Below are positions 18,076-27,166 of a stretch of DNA of 40,903 bases, in pieces. The stretch's first letter is position 1. The number at the start of each line of letters is the position of its first letter. The stretch comes from Candidatus Solibacter sp. GTDB lineage: Bacteria > Acidobacteriota > Terriglobia > Terriglobales > Acidobacteriaceae. A program made the translations under genes and the position numbers. The notes under the pieces were generated by a model. That model was not told where the DNA came from, did no database searches, and worked only from the letters and a program-made list of their open reading frames with translations. The stretch covers positions 1-40,903 of the forward strand of contig DATMMY010000274.1 of assembly GCA_035569515.1 (NCBI GenBank), written 5' to 3'.

Positions 18076-21000
18076 TCAGTTTGATCGGCGAGACCGGACG
18101 AATTGCCGTAGGTGGAGGTGCAGAGAAGCCTCCATCTTCTGTGCGACCTGATCGTGCCGCCATGCTGTAAGAGATCCACGGACAGCTTCAACGGTGGATT
18201 TCGCGTGGGCTGCGATCATGGGCAAGCAGGCCGCAAACACCTCGAGAACCTGCCGCGCCCCGCCTGCAGAAAAACGTCTCTTGTCAAAGGAAGCTGTCAG
18301 CTGTATCTCCTCGTGCGGTTCAACGTCGATACAAAACGCATAGTTCGTCCAACCACCACTGAAGGCCACATTCTCAATGGGCAGCCGGATTGGCCGTCCT
18401 TCTCTGTAGCTTGAAGGAGCCAGCGCCAGATTTTGAAACCCAACGGTAGTTTCAAACAGAGGGGTTCCTCTGGGAATCTCGCTGCAAGACTGAACGTGCA
18501 CAAGCGGAACATCGCTGTACTGGCGGACTCGCGCCTGCTCGTCCTGAAGGTTCCGCAGCCACGTCTCTACTCCAGCCTGGTGTGCGAGACGGACCCTCAC
18601 AGGCACCATGTTGAGAAATAAACCAATTGTTCTCTCAATACCCGGCACTTCCGGCGGGCGCACCGCCACGGCAGATCCGAACATCACGTCCGTATCGCCG
18701 CCGTACTCGCCAAGAACCAGGGCCCAGGCCGCTTGTGTGATCGTATTGAGGGTTATCTGGCTCCGGCGGGAAAGTTGCCGCAAGGCGTCGCTGCTATCTC
18801 GATCCATTACTATCTGAACGCATTCCCAGGCGGCAGGCTGTTCAGGATTGGCTGCCAGGCCGCTTTCTCCCGGGACGGCTGTGGGAGTTCGAAATCCGCT
18901 TAAGCACTCGCGCCAGAAGCTGTCGCTCCGGGTCATGTCTTTGCTTTGCAGCCACTGCACAAAGGCGTGATACGGCGCAGGGGCTGGAAGGGTGCAGGGA
19001 ACACCACGCCGGAACCCATCGTAGAATGACTCCAATTCATCGAACAGGACGCCTTCTGACCAACCGTCCATCAGCAGATGATTGTAGATAAACACGAAAT
19101 AATACCGTGCGTCCGGCAGCGCAATCAGCGCCATCCGCATCAGTGGCGCAATATCGAGGTCTATGCCGGAGCGATGGATGTCCGCACAGTAGCGTTCAAG
19201 GCGCTCTTCGATTTCTCCAGGTGCACAGGTGCTCCAGTCCTGGCGGTCGATGCTCAAAACGAGATCGCGCTGCACTACCTGGCCTGGGTCTTCCTGGTCT
19301 CGCCAATCGAACGCGGTGCGTAATATGCTATGGCGATCAACGACGCACTGCCACGCACGCATGAAGGATTCCGGATCAAACTCTGGTCCGAATGTCCAGA
19401 CCGCCTGTGACACATAAAGCCGCTCTCCTGCGGAGCTGAGGCAATGAAAAAGGATCCCTTCCTGCACCGCGGTCAGCGGATAGCGTTCGCTCATGGCGCT
19501 TGCGCCTGCGGCATGGCCAGAGACGCTCGCCGTCGGCGAGGCAACGTCTGCCAGCCGCCTTGGCGTTGGATTCTGAAATAACTGAATGGGCGTAATCTGC
19601 ATGCCTGCGTGACGCATCAATGCGGCAACGCGAATCGCCCCGATCGAATCCCCCCCAAGCTCGAAGAAGTTGTCTTCATTGCCGATGTGAGCGCACCCAA
19701 GGACCTCTTTCCATATCTCCGTGATCGTCCGTTCGACCTTCGTTTGCGGTGCGCCTGCGATCTTCGTAGCCTCTGGTGGACCAGAAGCCAGCGCCAGCAA
19801 CTGCTTTCGGTCCGTTTTGCCATTTGGCAACAGCGGCAGGGAGTCGAGCCACACGAAGGCGGACGGCAACATCGATGGCGGGAGTTGCGCCGCGAGAGCG
19901 GCTTCAACCTCCCGTGCGCCGCTATCGCAGCCTTTTTTTGCCGTGACAAACGCAAGCAAACGCGCCGTGCCGGCTTTATCGGTCTGAACCAGGACCGCCG
20001 CGGCGGCAACGGATGGATGCTGAGTAAGAATGGCTTCAATCTCCGCCGGTTCGACGCGATGGCCTCGAATTTTTACCTGGTCATCGATGCGCCCCACAAT
20101 CTGAATCTGGCCATTTCTGCGAAGGCGCGCCCGGTCTCCGGTGCGATAGAGCCGCCGCCCGCGCCCAGATGAAAAGGGATCGGGCACAAACCGCGTCGCC
20201 GTTTCCGCGGCTTGCCTCAAGTAACCACGTCCCAAACCTGCTCCACCGATAAACAGTTCACCCGGCATGTTCACCGCAACCGGGCGCATGGCTTCGTCGA
20301 GCACGTAGCATTCCGCGCCCGGCAGTGGTCTGCCTGCATATAGAATTGCCGGCAGCAGAACCTCTTCCCGGGCATTCACTCGTTGCATCAGGCAACCGAC
20401 GGTCGTTTCCGTGGGACCATAGTGATTCGCGACAGCACAAGCTCCGCCGGCGGCCCGTATCTGTGCGTAGAGGTCCGCCGAGAAGGGCTCTCCGCCCAGA
20501 ATCAGCCAGCGCCGAGGCAGCACGTCTTTCCCATGGGTCAGCAACGCGCGAAAGTGGGATGGCACAATCTTCAGCACGTCGATGCGGTTAGAAGTTATAT
20601 ACCGGGCAAAATCGGACGCATCCATTGCCATCGTCTTCCCCACTAAATGAAGACAGCCTCCGGTGGTGAGCGCCGGAAACACGCATGTGTGCCCCAGATC
20701 AACCGCCAGACTGCAAGCCACAGCAAATGAGAGGGCGGGCCTCTTCTTTGCCAGCGCCAGTCGTTCCTGGATGCCGTGCGTATAACTGGCCAGAGCATGG
20801 TGCGGCACGCCCACAGCCTTTGGACTCCCTGTCGAACCGGAAGTGTGAATTACGTATGCAAGGCCCTCCGGATTCACCGTTTCGATCTCAGCGGTTGCCT
20901 CGCTTTTGCCTTTGGAGATGATGTCGCCAATGAAAATTGTCGGCACACCGTCTACCGCGGAATGTTCGTCGTGAGCTTGCGTGGTCAAGATGATCTCGAT

Positions 21001-22134
21001 CCCGCTCGCGGCGATTTGCTTCGCATGGTACACGGCCGGGGTATCGGGGTCGAGAGGCGCGTAGGCGCCGCCCGCCAACATGACACCCATGATTGCCGCG
21101 ACAGTATGAATCGAACGCTCGGCCAGAACGCCCACCAGAACATCCTGCCCTGCTTTTCGCCCGCGGAGGTAACGTGCGATTGCGATTGCCTCAAGGAATA
21201 GTTCTCGGTAGCTAAGCCGTCCGTCCAATGCGACAACCGCAGTCCGGTCCGGAACCCGGCGTACCTCACCAATAAACATGGCGGGCACCGATTGGGATTT
21301 TCCTTGGCGGGCCGGCGGAGTGCGGACCGGTTGAGGACGGTCGGTCACAGTCAGCATCGCAACCGAAGTATCCATCGCTGCTACGGCATCTCCGCATAGC
21401 TGCGTGAATTGGCGTGCTACGAGAGATACATCTCGACGGTCTATACGACCGGCGTCATACCCAATTTTGATACAGATACCACTTGGTGCGAGTTCACACC
21501 AGCAGCACAAGAGAAACTTATCCTGCGGTATGTTCGTTTCGCTCTTCAGCCGTGCCGGCCTGCCGGATTTCTGGGACGCTGGCAACCGTCGAGCTCCGAA
21601 CAATACCGTGAACGCAGCCGGCGCCCGCTCCTGGTCATCTTTCGGCAGAAGGCGATCCTGTTGTCGGACTTGATTGTCGATCTGCTCCTGCACGTTCCTG
21701 ACAAACTCGTCGATCAATATACCCGTCTCCGGATTGCAAATGACGGGGAACCATTGATGGCGCGGATGCAATGGGTAGGCCCGTGACGGCTCCGTCAGCC
21801 GATCCAGCGTTACGCCAGTCACGTGTGCGGAGCGATCCAGCAATTGCCAAATCAGCAGTTGCCAGACAGCAACCAGATACGCTTCTGGCTGTAACCCGGC
21901 CTGATCTGACCATTTCTGGATAACCTTGGCAAGGTTACGGCTGAGTCGTACACTCACCGTCTGCGCTTTGCATGCCTCTATGGCACTCCCGAAGCGCTCA
22001 ATTGGAAGAGTTTGCGGTATGTGTTCAACCCAGGCGCGACCTTCCAGTCCGGACGCCACCTCCATCCGCCGGCTGCGAGATGAAGACTCCGTCTCCCGAT
22101 GAATCATGGAATCTAGTTCTGCGGTTGCCTTCAT
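18076..22134 (-). CDS. NRPS1: N-terminal half condensation domain (C-terminal lobe only), then A, T, C
   Basis: The roughly 270 aa before the A domain include LQPEAYLVAVWQLLIWQLL, typical of the second half of a C domain, with no C1-C3 motifs. A domain: AYVIHTSGSTGSPKA, AVDLGHT, NHYGPTE, YRTGD, PNGKTDR. T domain: FFELGGDSIGA. C domain: YPLTAVQEGILFH and YNHLLMDGWS. The ORF-track start is TTG at 22185; ATG at 22134 (MKATAEL) has AAGGA 5 nt upstream and is preferred. Confidence 0.95.
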   Translation of the reverse strand: MKATAELDSMIHRETESSSRSRRMEVASGLEGRAWVEHIPQTLPIERFGSAIEACKAQTVSVRLSRNLAKVIQKWSDQAGLQPEAYLVAVWQLLIWQLLDRSAHVTGVTLDRLTEPSRAYPLHPRHQWFPVICNPETGILIDEFVRNVQEQIDNQVRQQDRLLPKDDQERAPAAFTVLFGARRLPASQKSGRPARLKSETNIPQDKFLLCCWCELAPSGICIKIGYDAGRIDRRDVSLVARQFTQLCGDAVAAMDTSVAMLTVTDRPQPVRTPPARQGKSQSVPAMFIGEVRRVPDRTAVVALDGRLSYRELFLEAIAIARYLRGRKAGQDVLVGVLAERSIHTVAAIMGVMLAGGAYAPLDPDTPAVYHAKQIAASGIEIILTTQAHDEHSAVDGVPTIFIGDIISKGKSEATAEIETVNPEGLAYVIHTSGSTGSPKAVGVPHHALASYTHGIQERLALAKKRPALSFAVACSLAVDLGHTCVFPALTTGGCLHLVGKTMAMDASDFARYITSNRIDVLKIVPSHFRALLTHGKDVLPRRWLILGGEPFSADLYAQIRAAGGACAVANHYGPTETTVGCLMQRVNAREEVLLPAILYAGRPLPGAECYVLDEAMRPVAVNMPGELFIGGAGLGRGYLRQAAETATRFVPDPFSSGRGRRLYRTGDRARLRRNGQIQIVGRIDDQVKIRGHRVEPAEIEAILTQHPSVAAAAVLVQTDKAGTARLLAFVTAKKGCDSGAREVEAALAAQLPPSMLPSAFVWLDSLPLLPNGKTDRKQLLALASGPPEATKIAGAPQTKVERTITEIWKEVLGCAHIGNEDNFFELGGDSIGAIRVAALMRHAGMQITPIQLFQNPTPRRLADVASPTASVSGHAAGASAMSERYPLTAVQEGILFHCLSSAGERLYVSQAVWTFGPEFDPESFMRAWQCVVDRHSILRTAFDWRDQEDPGQVVQRDLVLSIDRQDWSTCAPGEIEERLERYCADIHRSGIDLDIAPLMRMALIALPDARYYFVFIYNHLLMDGWSEGVLFDELESFYDGFRRGVPCTLPAPAPYHAFVQWLQSKDMTRSDSFWRECLSGFRTPTAVPGESGLAANPEQPAAWECVQIVMDRDSSDALRQLSRRSQITLNTITQAAWALVLGEYGGDTDVMFGSAVAVRPPEVPGIERTIGLFLNMVPVRVRLAHQAGVETWLRNLQDEQARVRQYSDVPLVHVQSCSEIPRGTPLFETTVGFQNLALAPSSYREGRPIRLPIENVAFSGGWTNYAFCIDVEPHEEIQLTASFDKRRFSAGGARQVLEVFAACLPMIAAHAKSTVEAVRGSLTAWRHDQVAQKMEASLHLHLRQFVRSRRSN

Positions 22135-22191
22135 GTCAGTCCTTATACCGCGTGTCTTTAATATTTGCGAAATGCGTGACCGCAATCCGCC

Positions 22192-23244
22192 TCAGGCGGA
22201 CGCGAGATCTGTGTATTGGACCATTTCGCCCATTGCGACCAGTATTTTGCGAGGCCCCACATAGGGATCGCGACCGTGAGCGACAAGCATGTTGTCTACC
22301 AGCAAGATATCTCGCGCCTGCCACTGGAAACGTACGGCCACTCGGGCGTATAGCTGCTCAACCTGTCTTATCGTCTCGTCCGGGATCTTCGAACCATCAC
22401 CGAAATACACGCTACGAGGCAAGTCTGTTTCCGGATACAGGGTCAGCAACGATGCGCGCACCTGTGGCGGCAGGCCGGCAACATGATGCAATAGGATCTG
22501 GTTGAAGAAAACCATCTGCCCGGTCTTCGGATGCGCGGCAAAAGCGCGGCTTTTGCGAAAGGTCTGCAAAGTTTCCCCCTTCCACGCGCATTCGATCCCC
22601 CCTGTTTTGCAGATACTCTCCACCTCTGCCCGATTATTGGTCTTAAAGAAGTCCTGCCAGCTCACGTCCAGCCCCGGGATAAAATTACGCACATACTTCA
22701 GGCCCTTGTTCCCGAACTCCTCCCGTAGAGATTCATCGAGTTCGGCATAGATCCTCCTGCCGTCCGCGATCGGCGTACAGCCGCCTGCTGTGGACGGCAG
22801 CGCACAGTAGAACCATTGCTTCAGTGGCCACTTGTGCGTGTGTGACCCTTCGTGATGGAACAAGATGGAACGATCGGGAGGATACGGCGTCGACTCGTAT
22901 ATATTCAAAGCAATCTTGGCCCGCGGCAGATCGCCATATTCCGTAAAGAGATCGGAACACAGAGCCTTGGCGCACTCTTCGAAGGTCTCCGCCGACGAGA
23001 CCGCGAATCCACGGAGCAGCACCGCACCATGCTCCAATAGCTTTGCCTGCACTGAATGCCTGTTCTGCTTCAGCCACTCAACAACATCAAGTTGACCGTC
23101 TTCAGCCTGAAATCCGAGCGGCAGCAACTGCTCGGGCTGAAAGAGAAACTCCCGGACATCAGCCAGTCGACGGCCGCGGTGTGAGGTTCGCGGCGAGACG
23201 GGCTTGCGGGTGCCCTTCTTTACTGTATCTCGCGTATCACGCAT
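22192..23244 (-). CDS. Stand-alone TauD/TfdA-family Fe(II)/2-oxoglutarate dioxygenase (SyrP-like), paralogous to the C-terminal domain of the fusion
   Basis: Motifs LFHHEGSH and DNMLVAHGR. It aligns by eye along its whole length with aa ~1015-1290 of the fusion (shared LLRGF, YPP, HHE, KYVRN, WQDFF/WQEVF, YFGDG, VDNM.AHGR, KILV.M). ATG at 23244. Confidence 0.85.
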   Translation of the reverse strand: MRDTRDTVKKGTRKPVSPRTSHRGRRLADVREFLFQPEQLLPLGFQAEDGQLDVVEWLKQNRHSVQAKLLEHGAVLLRGFAVSSAETFEECAKALCSDLFTEYGDLPRAKIALNIYESTPYPPDRSILFHHEGSHTHKWPLKQWFYCALPSTAGGCTPIADGRRIYAELDESLREEFGNKGLKYVRNFIPGLDVSWQDFFKTNNRAEVESICKTGGIECAWKGETLQTFRKSRAFAAHPKTGQMVFFNQILLHHVAGLPPQVRASLLTLYPETDLPRSVYFGDGSKIPDETIRQVEQLYARVAVRFQWQARDILLVDNMLVAHGRDPYVGPRKILVAMGEMVQYTDLASA

Positions 23245-23392
23245 ATATTGATAACTCCATCATTACGAAATGCTCAGCCCCCAATGTCCTGGACAGCCCC
23301 GCCTGGGTGCTCATCATGCCAGAGGAAAGAGCGTTGCCGTCAGAGGGGCCCCCATTGTTATGCACGATGTAATTTAGAAAAACGGCGATTTG

Positions 23393-23857
23393 TTAGGCGG
23401 AGTCGCCTGCCACTTCGAAGCCATCCGTCCCTTGCCGGATCCGATTTTTGGGGAGAACCCGAATCTGGGTGGGTGTAACACCATACTGGACCTTAAAGTC
23501 GCGGACGAAGTGACTGCTGTCGCAATACCCAACTTTGACCGCGACTTCTTTGATGGATAACAGCGTTCCGCCAATCAGATCTCGCGCGCTTTGCAGGCGC
23601 ACAAGTTTCAAGTATTTCTTGGGCGGCATGCCAATGTTCTTCCGGAACAGATGACGCAGATGTGAACGCGACATTCTCAAATGTTTGGCGACATCTTTCA
23701 GTGAGTCGTTGCGGTGTTTCCACTGTTCCAGGAGCGTCTTCGCCATCGCCACACGATAATCCATTCTGAGTTCACCGGCTCCCGCGCTTGCGATGCGCCC
23801 CAATACATCCTCAGTCATACCGTGATCTCTTCCGCTTTCTAACTTCAATCCTGGCAA
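23393..23857 (-). CDS. AraC/XylS-family transcriptional regulator; DNA-binding domain only
   Basis: Tandem HTH signature: DVAKHLRMSRSHLRHLFRKNIGMPPKKYLKLVRLQSARDLI and IKEVAVKVGYCDSSHFVRDFKVQYGVTPTQ. The ORF-track start is TTG at 23857; ATG at 23818 is an alternative. Confidence 0.8.
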   Translation of the reverse strand: MPGLKLESGRDHGMTEDVLGRIASAGAGELRMDYRVAMAKTLLEQWKHRNDSLKDVAKHLRMSRSHLRHLFRKNIGMPPKKYLKLVRLQSARDLIGGTLLSIKEVAVKVGYCDSSHFVRDFKVQYGVTPTQIRVLPKNRIRQGTDGFEVAGDSA

Positions 23858-23919
23858 CTGTTGTCCTCTTTTCTGATCATTAAGGAATTATGCCCTATAA
23901 ATTAAGAGCGAAGGCCTTG

Positions 23920-25029
23920 TCATACGGCTGCGGAAACGGTTGACTTGATTACGTCGGAATATTCGCGTCTTCCCCACTGCATTCGCGACCAGACAGGTCC
24001 CGCCTTCAAGGGATGATCAACCTCCCTGGGACACTCGGGCAGTTCCGGAAGCCAAAGATTCTCTTTCCAGAGATACTCATCACTGTAGATCGTATCCGTA
24101 TAGCGATAGCCGTCATCAGGCAGGATGCATACTACCTTTGCCTTGGGGTTTTTCTTTGCCCAATGCCGCGCCACTAGCCATGCTGCGCCGCTGGTTCCTC
24201 CGCAGAATAAGGTACTTTGCTGGTGCAGCATCCGAGTAGCTTTATAAGCTTCTGCCGCCGTGACCCAATGCACTTCGTCAAAGAGCCGGTGATCCAGGTT
24301 TTTTGGCAGAACACTGTTTCCCAGCCCCCGCAGCGTTCTGATCTGGTCAGGCTGCCCGAAAAGAACACTGCCAAAAGTGTCCACGCCGACCGTTGTCATC
24401 TCCGGGAAGAGTTCGCGCAGAAAGCCGGAAGTACCGCAGACCGAGCCACCTGATCCGACCGTCCCCACCAGGCAGTCGATCTGGCCCAGGGCTTCCACCA
24501 GTTGGGCCGCGAGAAAACTAAAAGCCCCCGGGTTGCCTGGATTGTCGTATTGATTCACCCAGAAATGTTCAGGAGATGTCTCCCTGATTTCTTCCAGCCT
24601 ATTGAGGCGGGCCCGCTGATATCCGCCATTTACCGAGGGCGCAGACACAATCTCAACCCGCGCGCCTAGGTCCTCAAGCCGGCGGCGCAGGAACCCGTCA
24701 CAGGCATAGTCGCTCACAATTGTTAGGCGATATCCCGACAAATTACAGACCAACGCCAAGCCCAGCGCCAGGTTGCCGGAAGAGGTTTCGACGATTAACG
24801 TTTGAGAACGTATCCGCCCTTCCTCCCGTGCTTTCCGCAAGCAGAACTCAGCGGGAAAGATTTTCATGAACGGAAATACAGCGGCCGTTAGGTTGTCTTC
24901 CAGGGGTACCAGCTTGGGCCTGTAAGAATCGATAATCGCTTTATAAGTCTCTTGAATCACTACTGATAACCCTTGTGGCAAGGATTTTTTAACTCTGGAA
25001 ACGCAGCATCTGCGTGATTCCCAGACCAT
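23920..25029 (-). CDS. Fold-type-II PLP-dependent enzyme (cysteine synthase / cystathionine beta-synthase / SbnA-like beta-replacement family)
   Basis: Candidate PLP lysine in FPFMKIFPAE. ETSSGNLALGLA resembles the TSGNTG loop and GTVGSGGSVCG resembles the GTGGT phosphate loop. ATG at 25029 overlaps the upstream kinase gene by 41 nt; in-frame TTG and GTG codons slightly downstream are alternative starts. Confidence 0.75.
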   Translation of the reverse strand: MVWESRRCCVSRVKKSLPQGLSVVIQETYKAIIDSYRPKLVPLEDNLTAAVFPFMKIFPAEFCLRKAREEGRIRSQTLIVETSSGNLALGLALVCNLSGYRLTIVSDYACDGFLRRRLEDLGARVEIVSAPSVNGGYQRARLNRLEEIRETSPEHFWVNQYDNPGNPGAFSFLAAQLVEALGQIDCLVGTVGSGGSVCGTSGFLRELFPEMTTVGVDTFGSVLFGQPDQIRTLRGLGNSVLPKNLDHRLFDEVHWVTAAEAYKATRMLHQQSTLFCGGTSGAAWLVARHWAKKNPKAKVVCILPDDGYRYTDTIYSDEYLWKENLWLPELPECPREVDHPLKAGPVWSRMQWGRREYSDVIKSTVSAAV

Positions 25030-25912
25030 CGAAATCGGCCTGTATTCGGTCTACCTTTTTTTCCAGGAATTCATCCGCCGGGTCAAGGAGGACACTCAGG
25101 ACAGTGCCCGAATGGGCCACTCCTACGCCCAAGGCTCCCGCCAGATCGGCGATCCGGCGAATTTCCGCGAACTTCGGCTTTGGCAGAAAATGCTCATTGA
25201 TACAGGCGCTGGCCGTCGCCACCCGCCCCAAAAGCCGGATGTCATTTTTACGGATGGCCCGACGCATCGCGCCTGCCAAAGTGCAGAATGACTGGCGTTG
25301 TCTCCATGAATAATCAGAAGGCGGATGCTGCAATGTCTCGACACGGCCTTCCGGAGCGGTATCGATGCCCAATATTTCAATCTTGGGCAAAAGTTTTGCG
25401 TAGTCCTCCAGGACCACTCCCTCGCGATGGGCAAACAAAACTGCGCGGCGGAACATAAAGTTATCACTTGCAACTTCCGCGCCCACAACCAATTTCGCCA
25501 ACTCTTCCTCCGACAACGATCGGTTGATTGAATCCGCAACGGCAACCGCCGCCACTATGCAATCCGCCGTAGAACTGCCGCAACCTTTTGCTTCCGGCAC
25601 CGTGGACTCAATGGACAGGTGTCCTCCCAATTCCGGGGCGTCCAGGTAGGCAAGTGTCATTTCCACGGCCTTCAATGACTTTTTTTTGTATGGAGGATCA
25701 ACGCTGAGAACGCCGTCAGCACCAGGACAGAATTTTGCCTCGGAAGACATTGCTCTGCATGGCAAGCTCATCAGGCATCGGCGCTGCCTGCCCTTTTCAT
25801 CTTCGACCTGACCCTGAAACAGTTCGCCATACTGGGCTATGCTCCGCCCTCGGCCTATTTTGGGCCGCACTCCGTACCTGTATTCTTCAGGCCATCCTTT
25901 CAATCTTGTCAT
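24989..25912 (-). CDS. GHMP-family kinase (PduX / L-threonine-kinase-like)
   Basis: N-terminal YGELFQG as in PduX-type kinases. GHMP motif II-like PEAKGCGSSTADCIVAAVAV. 307 aa. ATG at 25912. Confidence 0.7.
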   Translation of the reverse strand: MTRLKGWPEEYRYGVRPKIGRGRSIAQYGELFQGQVEDEKGRQRRCLMSLPCRAMSSEAKFCPGADGVLSVDPPYKKKSLKAVEMTLAYLDAPELGGHLSIESTVPEAKGCGSSTADCIVAAVAVADSINRSLSEEELAKLVVGAEVASDNFMFRRAVLFAHREGVVLEDYAKLLPKIEILGIDTAPEGRVETLQHPPSDYSWRQRQSFCTLAGAMRRAIRKNDIRLLGRVATASACINEHFLPKPKFAEIRRIADLAGALGVGVAHSGTVLSVLLDPADEFLEKKVDRIQADFDGLGITQMLRFQS

Positions 25913-26039
25913 GTCGTCCCCGCTGTTTCAGTTTGCTCCGATTAATAATGGTTAGCGGCGTAAAACGGGCCGAGCGTCGGATCTACATTGACACGGACGT
26001 GCCGCTCTGGGCCGAACGTGGCGGATAGTAAGCCGGATA

Positions 26040-27038
26040 TTAATAAGACCAGCGCAATAAAGTCGCCCCTGCCGTCATTCCTGCGCCGACAGCGGCAAGC
26101 AAGACGATGTCTCCCCTATTGAGCCGTTGTTCATTCATGGCCGACTGGAGCGCCAAAGGAATCGTGGCGGCCCCCGTGTTCCCGTACTTGTCGATATTCA
26201 CAATCACATGACTGGAACAGAGGTTCAGTCGCTCGGCTACAGCAGCCATGATGCGCCTGTTTCCTTGGTGTGGAACAAATAGTTTGATGTCGTTGATCGT
26301 CAGGTTATTCCTCGCAAGGAGCCGCTGGCACAATTCGGCAAGCTTGCACACGGAATACTTGAAGACTGAAACTCCATCCTGATGCACAAAATGCATTTTT
26401 TTCGAGACGGTTTCGTGCGAAGCGGGATGAAGACTGCCTCCGCCGGGTATTCGTAATGAACCGGCCAAGGAACCATCGCCTTCGTGTAAAAAATCGATCA
26501 AAACGCAATCATCCCGCTCATCGGCCGGCTCGATCAGCACCGCGCCGGCGCCGTCTCCAAATAAAATACACGTGGAAGGATCGGAGTAATCGGTGATAGA
26601 CGACATTACATCGACACCAATGACCAGGGCCCGTTGGAGAGCGCCGGTCCTTATGAATTGCACAGCAGCTTGCATGCCGAAAAGGAACCCTGAACAGGCG
26701 GCCGAAATATCGAACCCCCACGCGCGCCGGCACTCTAGCTTATGCTGCACCAGGCAGGCTGTGGCGGGAAAAATCATGTCCGGCGTAGCGGTTGCGACAA
26801 TAACGACGTCGACTTCCGCGGGAGAGATTCCAAGATCCTCAATCACTCTGCGGCCGGCCAGGGCCGCTAGTTCCGAACTGGGAGTGCCCGGCCGGCAGAT
26901 GCGGCGCTCTCGAATGCCGGTCCTGCGCACGATCCATTCGTCGCTTACATTGACGGTTCTTTCGAAATAGTCATTGGCCCGAATCTCAGGGGGAGCATAC
27001 ACTCCCAACCCGCTTATCTTGGCCTGGAGCAATCTCAC
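26040..27038 (-). CDS. 3-oxoacyl-ACP synthase III (FabH-like KAS III)
   Basis: Active-site Cys in DISAACSGF, His in VPHQGN, Asn in YGNTGAAT. 332 aa. GTG start at 27038. Confidence 0.9.
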   Translation of the reverse strand: MRLLQAKISGLGVYAPPEIRANDYFERTVNVSDEWIVRRTGIRERRICRPGTPSSELAALAGRRVIEDLGISPAEVDVVIVATATPDMIFPATACLVQHKLECRRAWGFDISAACSGFLFGMQAAVQFIRTGALQRALVIGVDVMSSITDYSDPSTCILFGDGAGAVLIEPADERDDCVLIDFLHEGDGSLAGSLRIPGGGSLHPASHETVSKKMHFVHQDGVSVFKYSVCKLAELCQRLLARNNLTINDIKLFVPHQGNRRIMAAVAERLNLCSSHVIVNIDKYGNTGAATIPLALQSAMNEQRLNRGDIVLLAAVGAGMTAGATLLRWSY

Positions 27039-27166
27039 GTTTCTCTCTCAGAGAGGCGGTAACTGCTCCGCCTCATGCTCTCAATGGACAGCTGTCCGTC
27101 TCCGGCGGGAAGAACCATTTGATATCCACCACCGTGTTCCGGTCCGCGCACGCTCGCCCCAGTTCC

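Noticed and set aside
20686-20712. Apparent loss of the conserved A-domain Asp235 in NRPS1 (region SLAVDLGHT), which would have implied a substrate that is not an alpha-amino acid.
   Set aside because: Re-aligning on the downstream ALTTGG block (equivalent to ALLTGA in GrsA) puts the Asp of AVDLG exactly at position 235. The Asp is therefore retained. Specificity codes cannot be extracted reliably by eye, and I make no substrate call.
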